A DNA stretch of 60,361 bases from Minisyncoccota bacterium (lineage in GTDB: Bacteria; Patescibacteriota; Microgenomatia; UBA1400; UBA12028), in the NCBI GenBank assembly GCA_003487265.1, contig DNEP01000010.1, positions 1 through 60,361 on the forward strand, given 5' to 3'. This document shows positions 32,315-41,259 of the stretch, in pieces (the stretch's first letter is position 1; the number at the start of each line of letters is the position of its first letter). The translations under genes and the position numbers were made by a program. The notes beneath the pieces are model-generated. The model saw only the letters and a program-made list of their open reading frames with translations. It made no database searches and had not been told where the DNA came from.

Positions 32315-32596
32315 ATGCAAACAAAAAAAACAGCATCAAATAAAGAAGCGTCAAAGAAGTCGACCGAAGAAATTATCAAGGTCACAGGTATTCAGTTAGT
32401 TTCAAAAGTGAAAGAACTCATCAAGGAAGGGAATGTGCGAAAAATCACCATTCTCGACAAAAATGAGCGAACCATCCTTTCAATTCCTTTAACTATTGGG
32501 GTTGTGGGATTTATTCTCGCACCAATTTTTGCAGCAGTGGCAGGAGTAGCCGCACTCGTCACCGAATGTCAAATCAAGATTGAACGCGAAAACTAA
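32315..32596 (+). CDS. DUF4342-like small protein
   Basis: KVKELIKEGNVRKITILDKNERTILSIPLTIGVVGFILAPIFAAVAGVAALVTECQIKIE matches my recollection of DUF4342. Confidence 0.6.
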   Translation: MQTKKTASNKEASKKSTEEIIKVTGIQLVSKVKELIKEGNVRKITILDKNERTILSIPLTIGVVGFILAPIFAAVAGVAALVTECQIKIEREN

Positions 32597-32614
32597 GAGA
32601 AAGGCCTGCCCGCC

Positions 32615-33304
32615 ATGGATTTGTTTCGAAAAACAGCTCTTGTTACCGGAGGAGCTACCGGTCTTGGTTTTGAAATTGCCTCATTACTTCTAGAAAAAGG
32701 CATGATTGTGTGGATCTGTGGAAGATCGCGCCCATCACTTCTTTCTGCCCAATCAAAACTGTCCTCTCCGTACGTTTTCATTCAACAATGTGATATTTCA
32801 AATCCAGCACAAGTAGCTGAGATGAAGAAGCAAATTGGTCATGTTGATGTGCTGATTAATAACGCGGGAGTCTGGTGCGATTTACCACTTGAGGATACCT
32901 CGATTGATCAGATTTCACAGACAGTACAAGTGAATCTTTTGGGAACAATCTACGTATCGCAGGCATTTTTCTCATCGATGAAAACAAAGGGCGAGGGCAT
33001 CATCGCAAATATTTCTTCTGCGCTGGGAGTTCACACGCGAAAACATGTTTCCGTGTATTCTGCAAGCAAGTTCGGCGTTCGCGGGTTCACCGAATCGTTA
33101 CGAGATGAGCTAAAAGGAACGGGTATTCGGGTGTTTGGATGGTACCCGGGTGGAATGAAAACTGGTCTTTTTGAACACGCAGGACAAGGTCGAGATATGA
33201 CAGGATACATAGATGCAAAAGACATGGCGAAACTGTTTGTTTCGATGCTTGAGGTTCCACAAGAAATGACAATCGAAACCTGTGTCGCGGGAAGAACCGA
33301 GTAG
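32615..33304 (+). CDS. SDR family oxidoreductase
   Basis: TGGATGLG cofactor motif, NNAG, and catalytic YSASK. Confidence 0.85.
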   Translation: MDLFRKTALVTGGATGLGFEIASLLLEKGMIVWICGRSRPSLLSAQSKLSSPYVFIQQCDISNPAQVAEMKKQIGHVDVLINNAGVWCDLPLEDTSIDQISQTVQVNLLGTIYVSQAFFSSMKTKGEGIIANISSALGVHTRKHVSVYSASKFGVRGFTESLRDELKGTGIRVFGWYPGGMKTGLFEHAGQGRDMTGYIDAKDMAKLFVSMLEVPQEMTIETCVAGRTE

Positions 33305-33306
33305 TT

Positions 33307-33609
33307 CTATTTATTTTTAGGATTTACTTCAAGTTTTTGAAATTTTCCTGAACGATGCAACTTTGCCAGAATCGCATATACCGCGATATCGGTCCAAGAA
33401 TCATCAATCGGTTCATTTTCTGGAGAATCTGATTTTTGTAAAAGATTTTTTAGTCGAGAAACTTTTTCTGCGATGCGATAAGAAATACCCATCTCACCAA
33501 TTTCGAGGATGTTTCCTTTTCCATAGTCACGATGCTTTTTGAGAAATGTTTGTACGAGCTCTTCGCAGATTTCGCGAAATGCGTCATCAAGATATTGCGA
33601 ATCGGCCAT
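33307..33609 (-). CDS. DUF1599-like protein
   Basis: 100 aa; KKHRDYGKGN...ISYRIAEKVSRLKNL...EPIDDSWTDIAVYAILAKL fits the DUF1599 pattern (K-x-DYG ... K-x-x-R ... E-x-x-x-D-x-x-x-Y). Confidence 0.5.
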   Translation of the reverse strand: MADSQYLDDAFREICEELVQTFLKKHRDYGKGNILEIGEMGISYRIAEKVSRLKNLLQKSDSPENEPIDDSWTDIAVYAILAKLHRSGKFQKLEVNPKNK

Positions 33610-34044
33610 CTATTCCTCCTTTTTTGAAGAAACTTTTGCAGTAATTTTAAATGATCGTTGTGCACCGTCGCTAAGATCAACCGTTTTTACACCCGTTTGT
33701 TGATAATAATTCAACAAATGCGTGTTCAGCGCTTCCTCGATTTCTTTCACTTCATCTTGCATCTCAACTTTTTTTGCACGGAGCTCGCGAAACTCTGCCG
33801 AAGTTGTTAGAGATGTTTTTCGTTCCTTTAGCGCTTTTGATGCATCTTTTGATTGTTGTTCCGCTTGTTGTAACATCTCATCGTTATCCATGATCGCAAC
33901 CAAACTTTGATTCAGTTCGTGAACTTGATGTTTGAGTTCATCAAGACGCGCAATGTATCGTTCAATAATTGCCTGAAGTGGATCGGATTGTTCCGATAAG
34001 GTTGAGGTTGGTTCGAGGGTTTGATCTGTTTGCATAGTGACCAC
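33610..34044 (-). CDS. coiled-coil protein (144 aa), translationally coupled to the DUF1599 gene
   Basis: Its TAG stop (33610-33612) abuts ATG 33609 of the next gene. The sequence is rich in heptad-like charged helices. Confidence 0.6.
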   Translation of the reverse strand: MVTMQTDQTLEPTSTLSEQSDPLQAIIERYIARLDELKHQVHELNQSLVAIMDNDEMLQQAEQQSKDASKALKERKTSLTTSAEFRELRAKKVEMQDEVKEIEEALNTHLLNYYQQTGVKTVDLSDGAQRSFKITAKVSSKKEE

Positions 34045-34071
34045 TATATCACGAAAAAAGAAAATACAAGA

Positions 34072-35430
34072 CTAATATTTTTTATTTTCCCAATACCCGC
34101 TATACCATTTCATTGCAGGAGTTTGAAGAATGCCTTGTGTTTTTATTTGAATATATTGATTATGCTTTGCGGAATCAAGATAATACGCGCGATTTGAATA
34201 GATAACACCAAATCGAGTGATTATGCTAAAAACGGCTGAAGAAATTAAAAGAGCTGCACAAATTTTGCGCTGAATGGCCGATCGTTGCATAAATGAAATG
34301 GAAAGAATGAGAAAACAAATAATCGCACTCAATTGATACCGAATTGAAATCGGCGGAAGAAACCACCAAAATATAATGCCCGTGATGCCTACAAGAAATA
34401 GCACACGATCGTTCCATGACGTGATTTTTTTCACACCCAGAAGCAAAAGTGGCACACTACACACAAAGATAGCAGAAGTGTATCCTTCCGTACTGTAAAA
34501 CAAACGAAACGGAAGAGAGGGAATTTTTTGAATTTGCGACCAAAACCAACTCGAAAATGTTGAGGCTCCCTCAAGAAGAAGTTGTTCTTTCCCATCAAGC
34601 ACAGAAAATAACGGGAAGATGGGATTACTTGTCCAAAGATAATTTTGAAATAAAAAGGGAATAAGAAACCAGAACGTTTGAATCGCAATAGATACAGCCA
34701 CACGCAGATTTTTCTGAAAAATCACGATGATACAAATCAGAACAAATGGAATGGAAAGGTATTTTGTGAAAATCGCCACCGCAAGTAAAAGAGGAAGCAT
34801 TCGTGAATGAAATCGCTGTTTGAGAATGAGATACAACGCGGAAAGCTCAAATACCGATCGGAGAAGATCAACATACACTGCCGTACTTTGCCAAGAAAAC
34901 ACATGAAAAAGTGAAAATGCAATCAAAATAAACAAAGACCAAGTTCGAGAAACAAATATCCGACTCAATCGATACACCATTTGTACTAGAAGAATGGAAA
35001 CCAAAAACGCAAAAGCACGTGCGCCGTTCACTCCAAAAAAATGATAAGGGATAGCAAAGATTGCCTCTCCCAATCGAGGTCCAGCTGATTGATACAGCTC
35101 GGGAATATACAAAAATCCTCGTTGCGCAATCATATGTGTGATTGGGAGGTGATACCACAACGCATCAAACGAGACTTCCGGTAAAAACAAACCTACTCCA
35201 TGAATCGCGAGAATACTCAAAAGAAGAAAGCTCAATATAAGATCGAGTTTCGTCATTTTTCTTCGTATGATAAATGCACAGGATGTAAAAAAATCATATG
35301 CAATCAAAGCAACGCCACACACAAAAAGCGATGTCCACACAAATAGTAGAGAATGAAACCATCCGATACAGCATCCACTAAGGATGAGGAAAACAATTCC
35401 TAGCAATAATCGATCAATAGTCCAACGCAT
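34072..35430 (-). CDS. polytopic membrane protein, GT-C (ArnT/PMT-like) glycosyltransferase candidate
   Basis: Track ORF trimmed to ATG 35430 (MRWTIDRLLL...). More than 10 TM helices and a first-loop motif SFDALWYHL. It overlaps the response regulator stop by 17 nt. Confidence 0.4.
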   Translation of the reverse strand: MRWTIDRLLLGIVFLILSGCCIGWFHSLLFVWTSLFVCGVALIAYDFFTSCAFIIRRKMTKLDLILSFLLLSILAIHGVGLFLPEVSFDALWYHLPITHMIAQRGFLYIPELYQSAGPRLGEAIFAIPYHFFGVNGARAFAFLVSILLVQMVYRLSRIFVSRTWSLFILIAFSLFHVFSWQSTAVYVDLLRSVFELSALYLILKQRFHSRMLPLLLAVAIFTKYLSIPFVLICIIVIFQKNLRVAVSIAIQTFWFLIPFLFQNYLWTSNPIFPLFSVLDGKEQLLLEGASTFSSWFWSQIQKIPSLPFRLFYSTEGYTSAIFVCSVPLLLLGVKKITSWNDRVLFLVGITGIIFWWFLPPISIRYQLSAIICFLILSISFMQRSAIQRKICAALLISSAVFSIITRFGVIYSNRAYYLDSAKHNQYIQIKTQGILQTPAMKWYSGYWENKKY

Positions 35431-36085
35431 ATCCCACCGAATGAACTGTTCGAATACGCAAACCGAGTTCGCGAATTTTCTTTCGCACACGCGCAATGAG
35501 AACATCGAGACTTCCTTCTTCGGGCATTCCATCAGGTGGCCAAATGGACTGCATCATCGCATGTCGTGTGACAACTCGACTAAAATTGTTGTACAAAACT
35601 TGAAATGCTTTTTTTTCAGTAGCACTGAGCACTGTACTGTTCTGGTGATACACAACCAAGCCTTCATCATGAAGAAACTGAACTCCATTTTTCTCTTGTG
35701 GATTTGAATCGTACAACACCGATCGTTTTAATAATGCAAAAATCCGTAACTCAAGTTCATCAATGGTATACGGTTTGGGAAGATAGTCATCCGCACCTTC
35801 TTTCAGACCGTGAACTCTTTCTTGCTCCTTTCCTCTTGCACTGAACACCAGTACACGCACCGACATCCCTGAATTTCGTACATACGAAAGAACATCCAAT
35901 CCATCACCATCTGGAAGAATACGATCCAACACGAGTAAATCAAAAATGCGTTTTTTCAGCTCGATCATTGCGTCGTGAATTGTTGACACAGTTCGAATGA
36001 TACATTTTTTTTCATCCAACCGTTGTTTGAGTAGAAAAAGCTCATTTGCGTTATCTTCAACAATAAGGATAGAATGTCGATACAT
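35414..36085 (-). CDS. OmpR-family response regulator
   Basis: Receiver domain (ILIVEDN, LLVLDRILPDGDG, KPY) plus a winged helix (RTVHSVGYALDY). The start at 36085 (MYRHSILIVED) is preferred; the track start is 36103. Confidence 0.85.
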   Translation of the reverse strand: MYRHSILIVEDNANELFLLKQRLDEKKCIIRTVSTIHDAMIELKKRIFDLLVLDRILPDGDGLDVLSYVRNSGMSVRVLVFSARGKEQERVHGLKEGADDYLPKPYTIDELELRIFALLKRSVLYDSNPQEKNGVQFLHDEGLVVYHQNSTVLSATEKKAFQVLYNNFSRVVTRHAMMQSIWPPDGMPEEGSLDVLIARVRKKIRELGLRIRTVHSVGYALDY

Positions 36086-36200
36086 AGCTGTACTATCGCG
36101 CATTGATTCAATTCGCGCAATATTGTGTAGCGTGAAACGTAAGGTTTTTGTAGACTATGTATGCAATACTGCACACATGCTATAGAAAGAAAGGATTATT

Positions 36201-37142
36201 ATGGGTCAAGGCGTTTTAGTCACGGGGGCATTTGGACAAATCGGTTCTGAACTTGTTTCAGCGTTACAACAAAAACATGGAAAAGAACACGTTGTTGCGC
36301 TGGGACATCACAATGTCGATTCTTCATATGACGGAATTGTAGAAATTGGCGAAATATCAGACAAAGAAAAACTTGAATCAATTATTCAAAAATATGACGT
36401 CGGAACAATCTATCATCTCGTTTCAATTCTATCTGCTCGTGGGGAGCAGGATCCTCAACTCACCTGGAACGTGAACATGGATGGATTAAAATTCGTTCTC
36501 GATTTAGCAGTGAAATATAAAATCAAGGTGTTTTGGCCAAGCTCAATTGCTGCATTTGGACCAACCACTCCTCGTGATAACACCCCGCAACATACCATCC
36601 TTGAACCAACCACAATGTACGGAGTAACAAAAGCGAGTGGTGAACTTTTATGTCAGTATTACCGACTTAAATATGGACTAGATGTTCGAAGCGTGCGATA
36701 CCCTGGGCTCATTAGTTGGAAAGCTGAACCAGGAGGTGGAACAACTGATTACGCCGTTGCTATTTTTTACGGTGCAATTCAAGAAGGAAAATACACTTGC
36801 TTTGTCAAAGAAGACACCGTTCTTCCTATGATGTACATGGACGATGCGATTCGTGGAACAATTCAATTGATGGACGCACCTGCAGAATCTTTACAGGTAA
36901 CCACGAGCTACAACTTGGCAGCAATCAGTTTTTCTGCACAAGAACTCGCGCAAGAAATTCAAAAAAGAATGGCTCTCGAGGTTTCCTACGTCCCAGATCA
37001 TCGTCAAAAAATCGCCGATTCATGGCCACAGCGAATCGATGATTCCGTCGCACGATCGGAGTGGGGATGGTCTCATGAATTCGATCTTTCCAAAATGGTT
37101 GATGTTATGCTCGAAAAACTACACGCTAAACTACAAAAATAA
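36201..37142 (+). CDS. tdh: SDR-type (epimerase-like) L-threonine 3-dehydrogenase
   Basis: VLVTGAFGQIGSEL and YGVTKASGE (YxxxK), and it lies directly upstream of kbl. Confidence 0.7.
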   Translation: MGQGVLVTGAFGQIGSELVSALQQKHGKEHVVALGHHNVDSSYDGIVEIGEISDKEKLESIIQKYDVGTIYHLVSILSARGEQDPQLTWNVNMDGLKFVLDLAVKYKIKVFWPSSIAAFGPTTPRDNTPQHTILEPTTMYGVTKASGELLCQYYRLKYGLDVRSVRYPGLISWKAEPGGGTTDYAVAIFYGAIQEGKYTCFVKEDTVLPMMYMDDAIRGTIQLMDAPAESLQVTTSYNLAAISFSAQELAQEIQKRMALEVSYVPDHRQKIADSWPQRIDDSVARSEWGWSHEFDLSKMVDVMLEKLHAKLQK

Positions 37143-37161
37143 CACGAATTGAAAGGATTGT

Positions 37162-38409
37162 ATGCCAAAAACACAGTTTTATTCCTCGTTACAAAAAGAA
37201 ATTGAGCGAATCGATAGTTCAAAATCGTCAAAACGATTTGAGCGCGTCATTGAATCGTTCACATCAGAAAATCCTCCACGCGCAATGATTCAAGGAAAAC
37301 CATATCTCATTTTCAACTCAAACGATTATTTAGGGCTTCGTCTGCACCCCGCTCTTCGAGCAGGGGAGGAACGCGCGAGTCAAGCGTTTGGATCGGGTCC
37401 GGGCGCAGTTCGTTTTATTAGTGGTACATTGTCTGTGCATCGTGAACTTGAAAAAAAGATCGCAACATTTCATGGACGTGATGATGCAATGGTGCTTTCC
37501 TCTGCATTCGCGGCAAATATGGCGACCATTTTTTGTTTGGCAAAAGGTCAAAACAAAGATGCGTTGATTTCTTCAAATTCGCTCGTGATTTCCGATGAGC
37601 TAAACCACCGCAGTATTATTGATGGCGTACGCGTTTCTGGCTTGGAATCACATCAAAAAGCCATTTTTCGCCATTTTGACGCCGAACATCTCTCTCAGGT
37701 CTTACAAGAAAATGCGGGAAAGTTTGATCGCGTGATTGTTGTTACCGATGGGGTGTTTAGCATGCTTGGTGAATATCAGGATTTATCAAAAATTCAACAC
37801 GTCATCGCACAACATGACACATCGTTTGCCGAGGGCATTCTGTTAGTTGTCGATGACGCGCATGGGGCGGGGGCATTTGGACCAACCGGCCGAGGGACAG
37901 AAGAGGTTTCGGGTGCAAAAGCAGACGTGTTAGTTGGAACACTTGGGAAAGCATTTGGGGCGGACGGTGGGTACATCACGGGTGATCAGATTATGATTGA
38001 CTATTTGCGTGAGTCCGCAGCAACGTATATTTATTCGAACTCCGTTTCCCCTGGAACCGCGGGCGCCGCGCTCGAAGCGTTTAAACTTTTTGAGGGGGAA
38101 GAGGGTGGTCGATTACTTCAGACTTCACAAGATAACATTGCACTTTTTAAACGCCTTGCGTCTGAAAAAGGATTTGAGTTGGCATCAGAATCGGTTCATC
38201 CTATTCAACCGCTATTAATCGGTGATCCTGCCAAAGCTAAAGCAGTCACCCTTGGTCTTTTTGAACGAGGAATCATTGTCACAAACATCAACTATCCAGT
38301 TGTTCCTAAGGGAAGAGATGAAATTCGCGTTCAAATCAGCGCATCTCACACTCCTGAATCAATTCAGTTTTTCGTTGAAAAAGTTGATGAGGTGCTCAAA
38401 ACAGTGTAG
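37162..38409 (+). CDS. kbl: 2-amino-3-ketobutyrate CoA ligase (glycine C-acetyltransferase)
   Basis: Alpha-oxoamine synthase fold with DDAHGAG and PLP-lysine motif GTLGKAFG. Confidence 0.85.
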   Translation: MPKTQFYSSLQKEIERIDSSKSSKRFERVIESFTSENPPRAMIQGKPYLIFNSNDYLGLRLHPALRAGEERASQAFGSGPGAVRFISGTLSVHRELEKKIATFHGRDDAMVLSSAFAANMATIFCLAKGQNKDALISSNSLVISDELNHRSIIDGVRVSGLESHQKAIFRHFDAEHLSQVLQENAGKFDRVIVVTDGVFSMLGEYQDLSKIQHVIAQHDTSFAEGILLVVDDAHGAGAFGPTGRGTEEVSGAKADVLVGTLGKAFGADGGYITGDQIMIDYLRESAATYIYSNSVSPGTAGAALEAFKLFEGEEGGRLLQTSQDNIALFKRLASEKGFELASESVHPIQPLLIGDPAKAKAVTLGLFERGIIVTNINYPVVPKGRDEIRVQISASHTPESIQFFVEKVDEVLKTV

Positions 38410-38478
38410 TTTTGGGAGTGTTACGGGAAACCTTGTTGGGTTGGTTGTGCAAATTCTGAGGAAAGTGAGTGCGTTTGC

Positions 38479-38509
38479 GATGGATGGCGTTTCGCCCCCT
38501 ATCTTTTTT
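38479..38509 (+). terminator. intrinsic terminator candidate after kbl
   Basis: Hairpin GATGGATGGCG-TTT-CGCCCCCTATC (9 pairs with a 2-nt internal mismatch) followed by TTTTTT. Confidence 0.45.
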
Positions 38510-38615
38510 GTGTTTTGTGGATTACAATGCGCAAAGTATCGTTTCTCGTCCTCGTTTCGCTTTGAAAGTTTTTTCTAAGTCAGATGCGTTGGTGAGATAG
38601 CAGAAAGGTGGTCCC

Positions 38616-38960
38616 ATGGACCAAAATAATAAGTTGTATATTGGAAACCTCGAGTTTTCAGTCACAACAGATGAGCTCAAGGAACTGTTTGCCCAATTCG
38701 GCACAGTCACCGACGCAATTGTAATGGTTGATAAATTCTCTGGCCGCTCACGCGGTTTCGGATTTGTCACTTTCGCGACAGATAAAGAAGCATCTGAAGC
38801 ACAATTGAAAATGGCTGAGCAAGACTTCAAAGGCCGAAAACTGATTGTTTCAGTTGCACGCCCAATGTCTCGCGACAACAACGCTGGTGGTGGTGGTTTT
38901 AGACCCCGCAACAATTTCTCCCGCGATGATCGTGGTGGAAACCGTGGCGGCCGCTACTAA
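38616..38960 (+). CDS. RRM-type RNA-binding protein with RGG tail
   Basis: RNP2 LYIGNL, RNP1 RGFGFVTF, and a C-terminal Gly/Arg-rich tail. SD AAGGTGG. Confidence 0.9.
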   Translation: MDQNNKLYIGNLEFSVTTDELKELFAQFGTVTDAIVMVDKFSGRSRGFGFVTFATDKEASEAQLKMAEQDFKGRKLIVSVARPMSRDNNAGGGGFRPRNNFSRDDRGGNRGGRY

Positions 38961-38986
38961 ATAGCGTCGTTCTTTTGAACTTAAAG

Positions 38987-39010
38987 GCCCGCCGCAAGGC
39001 GGGCTTTTTG
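38987..39010 (+). terminator. intrinsic terminator
   Basis: GCCCGCC-GCAA-GGCGGGC followed by TTTTT. Confidence 0.85.
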
Positions 39011-39041
39011 CATCTCAAACTAGTTTTCGTCTGATTTTGAA

Positions 39042-39050
39042 TGATACAAT
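39042..39050 (+). promoter_or_regulatory. extended -10 (TGaTACAAT) for tRNA-Arg
   Basis: It ends 10 nt before the first tRNA nucleotide. Confidence 0.4.
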
Positions 39051-39060
39051 AGTGCTACTT

Positions 39061-39134
39061 GCGTCCATAGCTCAGGTGGATAGAGCAACTGCCTTCTAAG
39101 CAGTCGGTCGCTGGTTCGAGTCCAGCTGGACGCA
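39061..39134 (+). tRNA. tRNA-Arg (anticodon TCT)
   Basis: Acceptor GCGTCCA/TGGACGC, anticodon stem ACTGC/GCAGT with loop CT-TCT-AA, T arm GCTGGTTCGAGTCCAGC. Confidence 0.9.
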
Positions 39135-39137
39135 CTT

Positions 39138-39770
39138 ATGTATAAACGTATTTTCTGTTTCGGCGATTCAAACACCTGGGGATATATTCCAAAAACGGGA
39201 ATGCGCTACCCGTACGAAAAACGATGGACGGGGATTCTTCAAAAAATGCTTGGAGACAAAACAATCGTACTTGAAGAAGGACTAAACTCTCGAACAACAA
39301 ATATTGATGATCCAATGCATGAAGGAAAAAACGGAAAAACTGTTTTAATTCCACTACTATTGCACCACAATCCTATCGATATCGTGATTCTCTTTTTAGG
39401 AACAAACGACATGAAGCAGCGATTTCATCGAACGCCAGCAAGCGTTGCTCAGGGAATTGAATCATTATTGTTAGATATCCAACTTCACGCGCGCACATTT
39501 TCAGGCGAACAATCTCAAGTTTTGCTCATTTGTCCTCCCATCATCGATGAGTCAGTCTCAGGAGTAGCAGAAAAGTATCTGGGGGCAGAGGAAAAATCAA
39601 CTCAGCTTCCACAAATGTATGAAAAACTCTCACAAAAATACAAAACGCTGTATCTCAATCTGCAAGAATTTGTTAAGCCAAGCAAAAAGGACGGCTACCA
39701 CCTCGAGGAAGATGCACATATGAATGTTGCAAAACGTATTCTAAGAATTATCCGCTGTCTCCCCAAATAG
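39138..39770 (+). CDS. SGNH/GDSL hydrolase
   Basis: Block I FGDSNTWGY, block III GTND, block V DGYHL. The ATG is 3 nt after tRNA-Arg. Confidence 0.8.
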   Translation: MYKRIFCFGDSNTWGYIPKTGMRYPYEKRWTGILQKMLGDKTIVLEEGLNSRTTNIDDPMHEGKNGKTVLIPLLLHHNPIDIVILFLGTNDMKQRFHRTPASVAQGIESLLLDIQLHARTFSGEQSQVLLICPPIIDESVSGVAEKYLGAEEKSTQLPQMYEKLSQKYKTLYLNLQEFVKPSKKDGYHLEEDAHMNVAKRILRIIRCLPK

Positions 39771-40707
39771 ACTTAGTTGAAATATACTTCTTTAAGCTGA
39801 CTTTTTGCACAGGTTCTTGTCTGCTAACAACAGACATTTGAAACTCAACTGAGCCAGAATCTGCAAATTTCGGAACCCATATATGATTCTTTCCATTCTC
39901 ATCTGGCGCAATAAATAACACGTCAACACATTCTTTGAACTGCTTCCGTGCTCGTTCGATAAGGTCTGGATGCACACGCGAGATATCATTTACAAAAAGC
40001 AACGCGAGAGAATATACAATTCCAGATATTTCGATAGGAATAACCACCCACGACGCCGATTCAAGATTTGGTGGTTGAGGAACCAGCGCTTCAAACTCTC
40101 TTGCTTCTTTTGACATTTCACCTACTGCTCGATCCCAGAGAATTGATAGAGAGCTTTTATGAAAATCCCCACCTCTTTGCCCATTAAAGCCGTAGCCTAT
40201 TCCTTGAAAGTAAGCATCATTTGTAGGCAAATATACATTTCGAGTTAATTTACCACTTTTGAAACCATCAAATATCCAATCATCTGTCATTTGAACTCCC
40301 CAAGGTGCCAATGTCGAAGTTAAGGTATCAATAAAAGTCACATAAAGTAAAGACTCGAGTCTCTCCTGTTGATCAACCGAAAGACGATCGCGCATTCTTG
40401 TCAATAAATCGCTAAAAATGGTAAAAATCTCTTCCAATGTTGGAAAAATCGAATCAGATTGAAACTGAACGTGTAAAAGATCGCAAATCATTTCTAAGCG
40501 GTTGGGCATCAAATTCCATAATTCGTCCAATTTGAAACTTCTTCCATTTTCCACGGTCTGAATCGCTGAAACAAGTAATTCTTTATTTTTTTTGAGCAAG
40601 CGAAAAGACGATTTGCTGATTATCGGGTTGAAGTTGTGAAAACGTTTTTGTTGCCCAAGCATGTGCGGGGTCATTTTGCTCAGAAATAATCCCAAATGTG
40701 GTCGCAA
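39748..40707 (-). CDS. orphan protein, probable C-terminal part of a frameshift-split gene
   Basis: The track ORF overlaps the upstream ORF by 125 nt. Its first ~38 codons are probably not translated (see finding). Confidence 0.5.
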   Translation of the reverse strand: MRPHLGLFLSKMTPHMLGQQKRFHNFNPIISKSSFRLLKKNKELLVSAIQTVENGRSFKLDELWNLMPNRLEMICDLLHVQFQSDSIFPTLEEIFTIFSDLLTRMRDRLSVDQQERLESLLYVTFIDTLTSTLAPWGVQMTDDWIFDGFKSGKLTRNVYLPTNDAYFQGIGYGFNGQRGGDFHKSSLSILWDRAVGEMSKEAREFEALVPQPPNLESASWVVIPIEISGIVYSLALLFVNDISRVHPDLIERARKQFKECVDVLFIAPDENGKNHIWVPKFADSGSVEFQMSVVSRQEPVQKVSLKKYISTKSIWGDSG

Positions 40708-41107
40708 TTTGCATAATTCTGTCTAGCATTGCCGTTGATGTTCTTTGTGTATGTTTTCTCCAGAAATCAAATCCTGTATCAAATACATTATAGGCATCTA
40801 ACCTTGTTTTCCCCATCATTTCGTCATGTGCACTATGTTCTCGAACTTCATTCTGTTTTTTGACAATAGCTAATGATCTCTCATACGTAGCCATCAAATG
40901 GGGAAGAAAGGTTGGTTTTAAAGGCTCATTTGAGATCAATAACTCGATTGGCGCCCCAAACCCAGATATTCGTCTTTGAACTCCCGCTAAATCCGATGGG
41001 AGCCTTTCCCCGTCAAGTAACACGTACCTCGGATCAGCAATCTGCCAACAACCGCCGTACGAAAAAACCTCCCTCATTGGAATTGGTTCGACTTCATTTT
41101 CAGCCAT
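40583..41107 (-). CDS. orphan protein, probable N-terminal part of a frameshift-split gene
   Basis: Track ORF 40583..41251 trimmed to ATG 41107 (MAENEVEPIP...), which lies 7 nt after TGaTATAGT. It ends in ...AQKK-TAA inside an A8 run. Confidence 0.5.
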   Translation of the reverse strand: MAENEVEPIPMREVFSYGGCWQIADPRYVLLDGERLPSDLAGVQRRISGFGAPIELLISNEPLKPTFLPHLMATYERSLAIVKKQNEVREHSAHDEMMGKTRLDAYNVFDTGFDFWRKHTQRTSTAMLDRIMQIATTFGIISEQNDPAHAWATKTFSQLQPDNQQIVFSLAQKK

Positions 41108-41181
41108 ATGGAATACTATATCAGAATCAACCATTTCTAGGAGTAATGAGTTGCTCACTATTCTCACGTCAAAAATTAGCG

Positions 41182-41223
41182 TATAATACTGAAACAAACC
41201 GGCGTTGTGCTGGTTTCTTTTTT
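41182..41223 (+). promoter_or_regulatory. typA promoter -10 (TATAAT) plus a 5' leader hairpin with U-tract
   Basis: TATAAT at 41182-41187. Hairpin AAACCGG-CGTTGTG-CTGGTTT (41196-41216) is followed by CTTTTTT, about 37 nt before ATG 41260. Confidence 0.4.
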
Positions 41224-41259
41224 CTGGGGACATAAAGCAAGTCGGAGACACTCACCAGT

